Assembly (NCBI GenBank): GCA_003331935.1 | Contig: QOQE01000009.1 | Span: 3,503-67,502, forward strand | DNA: 64,000 bases | Reading direction: 5' to 3' | From: Alphaproteobacteria bacterium | GTDB lineage: Bacteria > Pseudomonadota > Alphaproteobacteria > Rhodobacterales > Rhodobacteraceae | In this document: positions 57,165 through 64,000 of the stretch, in pieces | Position numbering within the stretch: the first letter of the stretch is position 1 | How the letters are laid out: each line of letters opens with the position of its first letter | Notes under the pieces: model-generated | What the model was told of the DNA's origin: nothing | Seen by the model: the letters and a program-made list of their open reading frames with translations, nothing else | Databases searched by the model: none | Translations under genes and position numbers: made by a program

Positions 57165-58250
57165 TTATTTCCAGCCTCCTAATTTCCCATCTCCTCTAGA
57201 CGTAACCAATATATTTTGGCTATTATCAACAATTACGCTAGTAGTGCCATGAAAATTCCCACTTGTGCGACTGTGATAACTTGCTAGTGCTTTTAAATCT
57301 TTATCAAATCTAACAACTAACCCATACGAGAAAGCGGGCGCCCAAGGTTTTAGGTATCCCATCGTCTTTATTCCCGATTGTTGGAGGGGCTCTCTGATAT
57401 GTTTTCCGCTTCTGTAGGTAGGTGCAACCCACAAACTTGGGTCAATTTCTGCCATCATTCTAGTTTTATATTCTTCTTCAGTTAAAATAAACTCAACGAG
57501 TTGATTTCTAGGAGCAAAAAAGCAAACCAAAAGCTCTTCATTTGAGCTATTGAAGAAGCTTTTTCCTGGATAAGCTGGAAGCTTGCTAATCTCTTTATCA
57601 AGTCTTGATGCTGAACTCTGGTCATCACTAAGTTTATGAAAACTTATACGGTGCATCCAAGACTCCGAAATACAAAACGTTGTCTTTCCGGTAAACGTAA
57701 TGCCGGTAGGCCAAGATAATTCTTTTATAAGCACTCGCTTATTTGAACCATTGAGTTCATTTATACAAACGGTTCCACTGCATCCATTAGAGAGAAGGTC
57801 ATGTTGCCATTGAGCAGCCAAGAATTTTTGAGAACCCGTCGTATAAATTAAAGCTTCATTATTAAAACACATAGAGGTCACACACTTCTCTTGGAACCTG
57901 AACGCTTCCTTTAGTGTCTTCAGAATTAAAATGATTATATTGTCATCATCTAAGGCAACGGCCAATTTTGATCCCGACGCATTTACAGCCATTGCGGTGA
58001 TCTCGTTAGAGAACGTTATAACTTTTTTTGCTTTTTTTGCGCTGGAGATAGAAAAGACTGATGATTTTGCTGAAAAAAAAGTGGTCCCTTTATTCAATGT
58101 CAGGTTGTCCACATCTTCCTGTTTGTGAATTATCTTTATACTATCCAAGAACTCGTTCGGTTTCAAAGCCCCGTCCATTACTGGAACAAATATACTGTGT
58201 TTGCCTCTTCCAAAGACATAATCGATACGATCTTTCAAAAAGCTGAGCAT
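57165..58250 (-). CDS. Free-standing divergent strictosidine-synthase-like (SSL) beta-propeller paralogue, probably non-catalytic
   Basis: 361-aa ORF abutting the ATPase gene (0-nt gap), 3 nt after the fusion gene. By eye it aligns with the C-terminal domain of 58254-60377: LSWPTGITF...ISESWMHRISF vs LKFANGVCV...FAETFGMKVSRYWF; LPAYPGKSFFNSSNEELLVCF vs IPGYPDNINRASDGNYWLAL; the C-terminal ILVTSRGDGKLG vs LYLGGIQNNRIG. Confidence 0.55.
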   Translation of the reverse strand: MLSFLKDRIDYVFGRGKHSIFVPVMDGALKPNEFLDSIKIIHKQEDVDNLTLNKGTTFFSAKSSVFSISSAKKAKKVITFSNEITAMAVNASGSKLAVALDDDNIIILILKTLKEAFRFQEKCVTSMCFNNEALIYTTGSQKFLAAQWQHDLLSNGCSGTVCINELNGSNKRVLIKELSWPTGITFTGKTTFCISESWMHRISFHKLSDDQSSASRLDKEISKLPAYPGKSFFNSSNEELLVCFFAPRNQLVEFILTEEEYKTRMMAEIDPSLWVAPTYRSGKHIREPLQQSGIKTMGYLKPWAPAFSYGLVVRFDKDLKALASYHSRTSGNFHGTTSVIVDNSQNILVTSRGDGKLGGWK

Positions 58251-58253
58251 TTT

Positions 58254-60377
58254 TTACTTAGTACTCCAATAATCTGGGAAGCCACTCCAGTTTTTATTAG
58301 CATCTGGAATTTGATATTTACCGATTCTGTTGTTTTGTATCCCACCCAAATAGAGGTGGCCCTTATGCTCCCTCATAGAGGTTACCATTGGGTGGTTTTT
58401 AGCTTTAAGGTCCCATAGGGTTTCTAATACTTCTCCATTTTCAGTTATTTTTAAAACGCAACCAGTATTAATATTAGGAAATAACCAATTCGACGTATTG
58501 ATACGTCTAGACATTCTTTTTCTAAAGTCAGGAAGGGTTAGCGCTAGATCTAAAGCCGGGCCTCTCATCCCAACTAGTGCAAGCCAATAATTTCCGTCTG
58601 AAGCACGGTTTATATTGTCTGGATAGCCTGGAATATTGTCCATAATGACTTCTGTTTTGCCCTTTTTAGGTCCTTCGAACCAATATCTACTTACTTTCAT
58701 TCCAAATGTCTCAGCAAATAGGATCGACTGACAATCTTTAGTAACACACACTCCGTTTGCAAACTTTAGATCTCTAATTATAGTTCTTGTTGTATCGGTT
58801 TTAGGGTCATAACATATTATTCGACCATTACCCCTACTTTCCACGCAGTCCATTGGCCAATCCTTCAAGCGATATCTTATAGTTGCCTCAGAGAAAAATA
58901 TCCGCCCGTCAGGCGCAATGTCCAAATCATCAGCTAGACTTAATCTCCTATCATCAATCACCGAAGTAAGGCTCCTGTTAGTTTCATCTGTAATCTTAGA
59001 TACTTTCCTGTCTTGTGATATCGAGATAACTCCCATGTCAGGAATACAAGCCACAAGGTTATAATTTTTGTCCCATGCTAATCCAAGAGGATGTCCACCT
59101 ACGTGTGCAAAAACTTCCATTTTTTCATGATTTTTACCATAGAATCTTACGATGTCTCCGTGCCTGCTTCCAGCATATAAGTTATCGTCATCATCAAGTA
59201 TAACGTCTTCAGGTCCTTCGACTTTCCCAAGCCCAATTACACTAACATCTTTAAGTTTGTCGTTTACTGAATAAGGCGAGCCACTCTCTGCTTCTATTGA
59301 TGCGGGAGCTGGTAGCTTAACGTACGTGGGAGACACGTATACTTTGTTTAATAACCGAAATCTATTTTTTACCCATCGGACATCAATCAATATTGTAAGC
59401 AGTAATATGATCCCAAATATGAGTTGTATGGCACCACCCTGAATTCCAAATTGTATTAATCCATTAAGCAGCAACAATACTATCAATGATCCAAAAATTG
59501 CTTTTGGAACGGAACCTCTCCCCCCACCGAGACTAACTCCGCCTAGCACAGCTGCCGTAAGTATTGTAAGCTCAAGTCCTTTACCAGTGTCTGCACCAGT
59601 ACTCGCCATTCTGGCTGCATACATAAATCCAGCGACAGAACATAAAATGCCACAGGTAACGTAAGAAAAAAAGATCGTTTGCTTAACTTTTATACCAGCA
59701 TTATAAGCTGACCGTCTAGATCCTCCGACTGCTGTAAGGTGCCATCCAGGTTTCATCCTACTTATCAACAGATGGCCTGCCACAAATATAATGATTGTGG
59801 CAACTAAAACAAAAGGTATTCCATAACTATCTCCATCTCCTATAAATTCCCATAATTCAGAATCTGGAAAAACTGAAGAAATGTCTAAAGCATATTCGAG
59901 TAGTAAAAGATCTACTATTGATCTGTAAATTATTAATGTTACCAAGGTCGTCAAGAAGGCGCGCATTCCGATTATGCCAATGAAAAACCCATTAAATGCA
60001 CCACAGATAGCACCTACACTCATTGTTATAATTAGTGTAAGAATAGGATCTAAACTCAAAACATGTACACAATATAGAGCTACAAGATTTGCTATAGCAA
60101 ATATTGATCCAACTGAAAGGTCCAAACCCCCTCCCATCATTACCACAGTCATTCCAAGAACAATTAAGCCAAGTTCTGCATACTGTCTTCCATATTCTGT
60201 TAAATTATAGGCGGTATAAAAACCGGGTAATACCAGCAAAAGACCGAAGCCAACAAAAAATAAGGTTAGAAACGGTATTGCGTTGTCTGCCCAACGCTTT
60301 GCAAGTATTTCACCAAATACATGATCGGGAAATATATTATACCTCGCAGTTAAAAACCTTTCTCTTAGAGTGCTCAT
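58254..60377 (-). CDS. Fusion protein: RbsC-type ABC permease (N-terminal ~335 aa) plus strictosidine-synthase-like/APMAP-type six-bladed propeller domain (C-terminal ~350 aa)
   Basis: An uninterrupted 707-codon ORF. Permease motifs are GGGLDLSVGSIFA and ILTAAVLGGVSLGGGRGS. SSL motifs are VEGPEDVIL, HPLGLAW, DLDIAPDGRIFFSE, FANGVCV, LFAETFGMKVSRYWFEG, IPGYPDNINRASDGNYWLAL and EHKGHLYLGG. Confidence 0.8.
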   Translation of the reverse strand: MSTLRERFLTARYNIFPDHVFGEILAKRWADNAIPFLTLFFVGFGLLLVLPGFYTAYNLTEYGRQYAELGLIVLGMTVVMMGGGLDLSVGSIFAIANLVALYCVHVLSLDPILTLIITMSVGAICGAFNGFFIGIIGMRAFLTTLVTLIIYRSIVDLLLLEYALDISSVFPDSELWEFIGDGDSYGIPFVLVATIIIFVAGHLLISRMKPGWHLTAVGGSRRSAYNAGIKVKQTIFFSYVTCGILCSVAGFMYAARMASTGADTGKGLELTILTAAVLGGVSLGGGRGSVPKAIFGSLIVLLLLNGLIQFGIQGGAIQLIFGIILLLTILIDVRWVKNRFRLLNKVYVSPTYVKLPAPASIEAESGSPYSVNDKLKDVSVIGLGKVEGPEDVILDDDDNLYAGSRHGDIVRFYGKNHEKMEVFAHVGGHPLGLAWDKNYNLVACIPDMGVISISQDRKVSKITDETNRSLTSVIDDRRLSLADDLDIAPDGRIFFSEATIRYRLKDWPMDCVESRGNGRIICYDPKTDTTRTIIRDLKFANGVCVTKDCQSILFAETFGMKVSRYWFEGPKKGKTEVIMDNIPGYPDNINRASDGNYWLALVGMRGPALDLALTLPDFRKRMSRRINTSNWLFPNINTGCVLKITENGEVLETLWDLKAKNHPMVTSMREHKGHLYLGGIQNNRIGKYQIPDANKNWSGFPDYWSTK

Positions 60378-60401
60378 AGATTATCCATTCAGAAGTTTGG
60401 T

Positions 60402-60431
60402 TTCTCGAGCCATAACATTATGGCTCGAGAA
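60402..60431 (-). other. Perfect 13-bp intercistronic stem-loop immediately downstream of the binding-protein gene
   Basis: TTCTCGAGCCATA-acat-TATGGCTCGAGAA, read directly from the sequence. It starts 13 nt after the SBP stop codon and 24 nt before the fusion-permease ATG. No U-tract follows on the minus strand. Confidence 0.6.
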
Positions 60432-60444
60432 GTTAATAAAATTA

Positions 60445-61470
60445 TCAGTTAGATGATAAGCTTTCAACAGTCCAACATGCTCCAGATCCCATATACGAAG
60501 CCATGTTTTCCTTGGTGAGTATCTGAGGCTGAGTGAAGAATGAAACTTTTCCAGCCTTTCCTGGCTTATTGCCGGATTGCAGAAGGCTCTTCAAAGCGTT
60601 TGAAAGGTCCCTAGCCTGCCCTGGAACATCGTAACTTACAAAAACATCGAAAATGTCATTTTCCAAGTTATCGCACCCATTTTTTCCGCCGCCGCCTGAA
60701 GTAGCAAGAAATACTTTTTCATGCATTCCGGCTTCTTTAACTGCTGCTCCTGTGCCTATATCCATTCCATCCCAAAACCCGACAATACCACATAAATCTG
60801 GATTCTGTTGAAGAGTTGTTTCAGTGATCGCACGAGCTTTGGTGGAATCCCAGTCAGCTGCCTGGTTTGACACAACTTTAATATTTGGATTTTTTTCAAG
60901 GATATTAGAAACACCTCTGAGTTGGTAAGCGCTTGCTGCTGCCGTCAAAACTCCTTGCACAATAGCTATCTTTTGAGACGTGCCAGGCCCGCATTGATCA
61001 ACGACTTTTTGGGTTACTATCTCACCTATTTCGATATAATCAGCTCCCACGAAAGCATCTGTTGGGAAAGCTGATTTCATATTAACTTGTACAATATGTA
61101 TCCCAGCTTTTTCAGCTTTCTTCAGAAGCTTAGCATAAGTTTGCACGTCAGGATTGTGGATCACCATTGCATCAGGCTTTTCTGAGATTAGTGATGAAAT
61201 AGCTTTAGAGCCTGCGTCAGCACTCCAGTTTGGGTCTCGTAAAATCATCTCAACTCCCAAAGGCTCAAGAGCCTTTTTCATGCCTGCATACCAACCTTCT
61301 GTTAAGTCAAATCCCATAGCTAGTGGAACAAAGGCAACTCTTTTCCCTTGTAAAGCTGAGTAGTACTTATCTCTGGCAGGGTCCGCTATGCCCATCTTTT
61401 CTGCTTGTGCACTGAGAGGTAGCATAAGAGCTAACGCCACAATGATTAGTTTTAAAGTTTTAAATTTCAT
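60445..61470 (-). CDS. Periplasmic binding protein type I (RbsB-like sugar ABC substrate-binding protein)
   Basis: 341 aa with the signal peptide MKFKTLKLIIVALALMLPLSAQA, then the RVAFVPLAMG...DAMVIHNPD...HIVQVN pattern typical of CUT2 SBPs. Confidence 0.85.
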   Translation of the reverse strand: MKFKTLKLIIVALALMLPLSAQAEKMGIADPARDKYYSALQGKRVAFVPLAMGFDLTEGWYAGMKKALEPLGVEMILRDPNWSADAGSKAISSLISEKPDAMVIHNPDVQTYAKLLKKAEKAGIHIVQVNMKSAFPTDAFVGADYIEIGEIVTQKVVDQCGPGTSQKIAIVQGVLTAAASAYQLRGVSNILEKNPNIKVVSNQAADWDSTKARAITETTLQQNPDLCGIVGFWDGMDIGTGAAVKEAGMHEKVFLATSGGGGKNGCDNLENDIFDVFVSYDVPGQARDLSNALKSLLQSGNKPGKAGKVSFFTQPQILTKENMASYMGSGACWTVESLSSN

Positions 61471-61502
61471 ATTTTCCTCCTTTTTTAAAACTTGTTTGAT
61501 TA

Positions 61503-62489
61503 TTATATATCACCTTGTTGGGTAGTTTGTTCATCTCTTGGGTTTAATATTGTATCTGTCATAATAGCAATCAACAAAATTATCCCCTTTATTAGGTTTT
61601 GAACAATGAAAGATATATCCATAATTACCATTCCGTTAAGAAGAGTACCAATCAGAAGAGTTCCTAGAATGACATTGTGCATACCTCCCTTGCCACCGGA
61701 AAGGCCAATGCCACCAACTACTACCACCAAAAGCACGTCGTAGATCATAGAGCCTGACACCATTCGTGTATTTATAGAACTTATTGCTCCAGCGGTCAGT
61801 AATCCTGCAAAGTAAGCAACTAAGCCGGCAATAACAAAAATGATTACAAGTATCGGTCTCACAGGAACACCTGCAGTTCTTGCTGCTAGTCCACTGTCAC
61901 CGATAGAGTAAACAAACTTACCAAAAGTCGTTTTTTTCAAAACGAGATGCATTATAAAGGCCAAGGACAAAAAACATATTATTGGCATCGGCACTCCGAG
62001 CAGTTGCCCTCTTCCCAAATATTCCAACCAAATAGCATCTTCAGGTAAATAATTTAACTCATCCCCAATAAATAGCGTTCTTCCTAAGCCATAAATAACG
62101 CCTGCCATAGCCAATGTCACAAAGACTGAAGCCATATCCCAATAAGCAACCAAAATACCTGTAATGGCGCATAATATAGCTGTAAATAGAAATCCTAGTA
62201 AAACCGCATACACAAACGGTAGGTCGAATGAAGGCAAGACATCTGGGGAGCTCATTACCGATGCTAAGGCAGTCCCAACAGCAAGGGTCGCAATTAATGA
62301 AAGATCTATACCTTTAGAAATTACAACCACTGCCATGGCAATACTGAGGATCCCCAAAATAGAGACACTTCTCATCAAGGTTAGAAGATTTCCAGTTGAA
62401 AAAAATTTATCTAGAAAAATTGAAAATCCAGCAAAGATAACAACGGTTACGATCAAAATGATCAATTCTTGGTTACGTAACTTAATCAA
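61503..62489 (-). CDS. RbsC-type ABC permease (first gene of the operon)
   Basis: 328-aa polytopic protein with SKGIDLSLIATLAVG and VVVGGIGLSGGKGG motifs of BPD_transp_2 permeases. Confidence 0.85.
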   Translation of the reverse strand: MIKLRNQELIILIVTVVIFAGFSIFLDKFFSTGNLLTLMRSVSILGILSIAMAVVVISKGIDLSLIATLAVGTALASVMSSPDVLPSFDLPFVYAVLLGFLFTAILCAITGILVAYWDMASVFVTLAMAGVIYGLGRTLFIGDELNYLPEDAIWLEYLGRGQLLGVPMPIICFLSLAFIMHLVLKKTTFGKFVYSIGDSGLAARTAGVPVRPILVIIFVIAGLVAYFAGLLTAGAISSINTRMVSGSMIYDVLLVVVVGGIGLSGGKGGMHNVILGTLLIGTLLNGMVIMDISFIVQNLIKGIILLIAIMTDTILNPRDEQTTQQGDI

Positions 62490-62555
62490 AAGCCTATTCC
62501 GATATTAGTTTTCAAATGACTAAGCTTAACACGTAGCAAACCCTTGTAAAGCCTG

Positions 62556-62576
62556 TAAGTTTAAATATTAAACTTA
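62556..62576. promoter_or_regulatory. Perfect 8-5-8 inverted repeat TAAGTTTA-AATAT-TAAACTTA upstream of the ABC operon (candidate operator)
   Basis: Read directly from the sequence. It lies 67-87 nt upstream of the first permease start codon (62489, minus strand). AT-only arms lower its significance, and no regulator gene is nearby. Confidence 0.3.
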
Positions 62577-62662
62577 AAATGGGCTAATTTATGTGATAGC
62601 CGCTGACGCCTTTTTCATCGACAAATTAGGCCTCGTTAAACTATGTTCTCTTATAAATAACC

Positions 62663-63082
62663 TCAAGAATAGAGCTTGTCACTTAACCCATAAATCAGAA
62701 TTGCGTTCAATATTGTGAAACCTGCAGGCGCGATATATGCCTCAGCGCTATACTTTACGCCATCCATTTTAGCAGCGTCTGAGTGGTTCACGGTCACGTA
62801 ACCAAAATATGTAAAAATCAAGCTTTGTAAAAAACCAAATACAAAAATAGGCCAAGTTCCTTGAGGGCCATTTTCACGGAATAATATATAAATTGAAACC
62901 AGTACTAACGCTGCTATCAGGGAGCCCGCTAATCTAAGTGGTAAAATTGCGGAGTGATGAATACCGTATTGGTCACAAAATTTTTCTGATGTAAAAAGAG
63001 CCTGGTAGGCGTAATAAGCTCCACCCAGAAAATTGATAATGAAAAGAACTAAAAATATTGGTCCATTGAATGTATCGATCAT
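62663..63082 (-). CDS. Small 4-TM membrane protein, unknown function
   Basis: Track ORF 62663-63094. ATG at 63082 (MIDTFNGPIF) has GGAG 7 nt upstream. It has four hydrophobic segments. No family recognised. Confidence 0.55.
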   Translation of the reverse strand: MIDTFNGPIFLVLFIINFLGGAYYAYQALFTSEKFCDQYGIHHSAILPLRLAGSLIAALVLVSIYILFRENGPQGTWPIFVFGFLQSLIFTYFGYVTVNHSDAAKMDGVKYSAEAYIAPAGFTILNAILIYGLSDKLYS

Positions 63083-63290
63083 TTTTTTCTCCAAAAGTTA
63101 TTTTTGAGAGTGTACCATGAAAAGTTCACATACGCTACGATTGTAGCAAAAGGTGAAGCCTAAAATGAGTAACGTTATTGGTGCTAGCTTTGAAATAAAA
63201 ATACTTTGACTATTACGAAGCGATTATTAGAAATTAGAATTGAGTTAATCTTTAATAACGCCTTAGCAAAATAAGAGTGGAGCAATAAAA

Positions 63291-63698
63291 TTGTTTGATA
63301 CAAAAATAGCCATAGTACTTCTAGCATCATTAAAGAATTGGCAAAAACTTAATATCACGTCATTTCTGACCACTGGAATTATTGGTCAGACAAGCTCGTT
63401 GATCGGCAAAAAATATATTGATAAATCAAATTATGAATATCTTGCACTTAGTAGACAACCAGTAGTTATTTTGGAAGCCGATTTGGTTGCCTTAAAAAAA
63501 ATTCATGCCAGAATTTTGGAAAGATCCCTGACCTGTTCCCTTTATATTGAGGATATGTTTACAACGGGAAATGATGAGGCTAATAGAAGTACTGTAAAAA
63601 ATTATAACAGTGGGGATCTTCCACTTGTGGGTCTGGCACTAAGAGAAGAAAAAAAAATAGTCGACAAAGTAACGAAGGGTGCGAAGCTTCATTCATAG
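63291..63698 (+). CDS. DUF2000-like protein
   Basis: 135 aa with a TTG start. FDTKIAIVLLASLKNWQKLNITSFLTTGIIGQ resembles my recollection of the DUF2000 N-terminus. Moderate call. Confidence 0.5.
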   Translation: MFDTKIAIVLLASLKNWQKLNITSFLTTGIIGQTSSLIGKKYIDKSNYEYLALSRQPVVILEADLVALKKIHARILERSLTCSLYIEDMFTTGNDEANRSTVKNYNSGDLPLVGLALREEKKIVDKVTKGAKLHS

Positions 63699-63780
63699 TG
63701 AATAAGTGGTCAATAAAAGTTTAAAATAAAAGCATAAGTCAAACAATAATCAATAAATTTGCATTTAAGGGGGAAAACTC

Positions 63781-63981
63781 ATGCAATGGGAATATTATGT
63801 AAAGGATTTTAAATTTGATGAAAATCAAATAGAGGATGGATTTCCAAATAAATTGGAGCATGACGATTTGGCCCATCTGGGAAATGCTGGGTGGGAATTA
63901 ATAAATATTGTTTCCTATCGATCAAGCGACAATGAACTCTGTTTAAGGTATTACTACAAAAAAGCTAAAATGACGAATTGA
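63781..63981 (+). CDS. Small DUF4177-like protein
   Basis: 66 aa with GGGGGAAAA upstream of the ATG. The MQWEYYV...LGNAGWELINIV pattern resembles DUF4177. Confidence 0.45.
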   Translation: MQWEYYVKDFKFDENQIEDGFPNKLEHDDLAHLGNAGWELINIVSYRSSDNELCLRYYYKKAKMTN

Positions 63982-64000
63982 AAAAATGTGGAAACTAGCA

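Noticed and set aside
1-64000. Searched by eye for tRNA/rRNA genes, CRISPR repeats, IS elements or transposases, integrases, prophage genes, toxin-antitoxin pairs and long direct repeats flanking the purine island.
   Set aside because: None was found. No intergenic region is long or structured enough for a tRNA. No repeat-spacer periodicity is visible. No ORF shows DDE, tyrosine- or serine-recombinase, or phage structural motifs. The two island-flanking spacers (12464-12745 and 29432-29590) share no obvious repeat. A computational repeat and tRNA scan would be needed to be certain.

Overview
Densely coding, AT-rich bacterial chromosomal segment (roughly 35% GC, estimated by eye) with about 70 protein genes. 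By manual inspection I found no rRNA, tRNA, CRISPR array, transposase or integrase. Gene content suggests a streamlined marine alphaproteobacterium: many GSTs, a DMGDH-family enzyme, a COQ9-like protein, a GYD protein and high-affinity ABC importers. That taxonomic guess is inference only. All calls come from reading the supplied translations and raw DNA, using motifs and family signatures recalled from memory. No searches were run.

Main blocks:
- 1-12.5 kb: a co-directional minus-strand array (paaABCDE, DMGDH-family dehydrogenase, small exported protein, acyl-CoA dehydrogenase, class III CoA-transferase, truncated ribokinase-like kinase), divergent from paaI-paaK-cysK.
- 13.6-29.4 kb: a 14-gene purine uptake and catabolism island. 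It holds an NCS2 permease, a BMP-family ABC importer, guaD, uraD, HIU hydrolase, puuD, puuE, alc, allA and xdhAB. It has no regulator and no xdhC.
- 29.6-54.4 kb: mixed housekeeping, detoxification and stress genes (yajQ, M32 carboxypeptidase, MAPEG, PPOX-like, kappa-GST-like isomerase, cupin, alkB-like, GYD, ung, M20 deacylase, three GSTs, PqiA-like, lipid kinase, EamA, COQ9-like, MFS, purF, methyltransferase, quinone reductase, hemG, hsp20, membrane adenylate cyclase with TPR sensor, recD2).
- 54.4-62.5 kb: the most unusual locus. It is a six-gene CUT2-type ABC operon. One permease carries a C-terminal strictosidine-synthase-like (SSL) propeller domain. That gene is followed by a free-standing, apparently catalytically degenerate paralogue of the same domain, and the operon ends with a CoA-transferase. 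I rank this as the best candidate for an undescribed uptake-plus-processing system.

Smaller signals are a sigma-32-type promoter upstream of hsp20, four strong bidirectional or terminal hairpin terminators, a perfect 13-bp intercistronic hairpin after the binding-protein gene, and two perfect inverted repeats in promoter regions.
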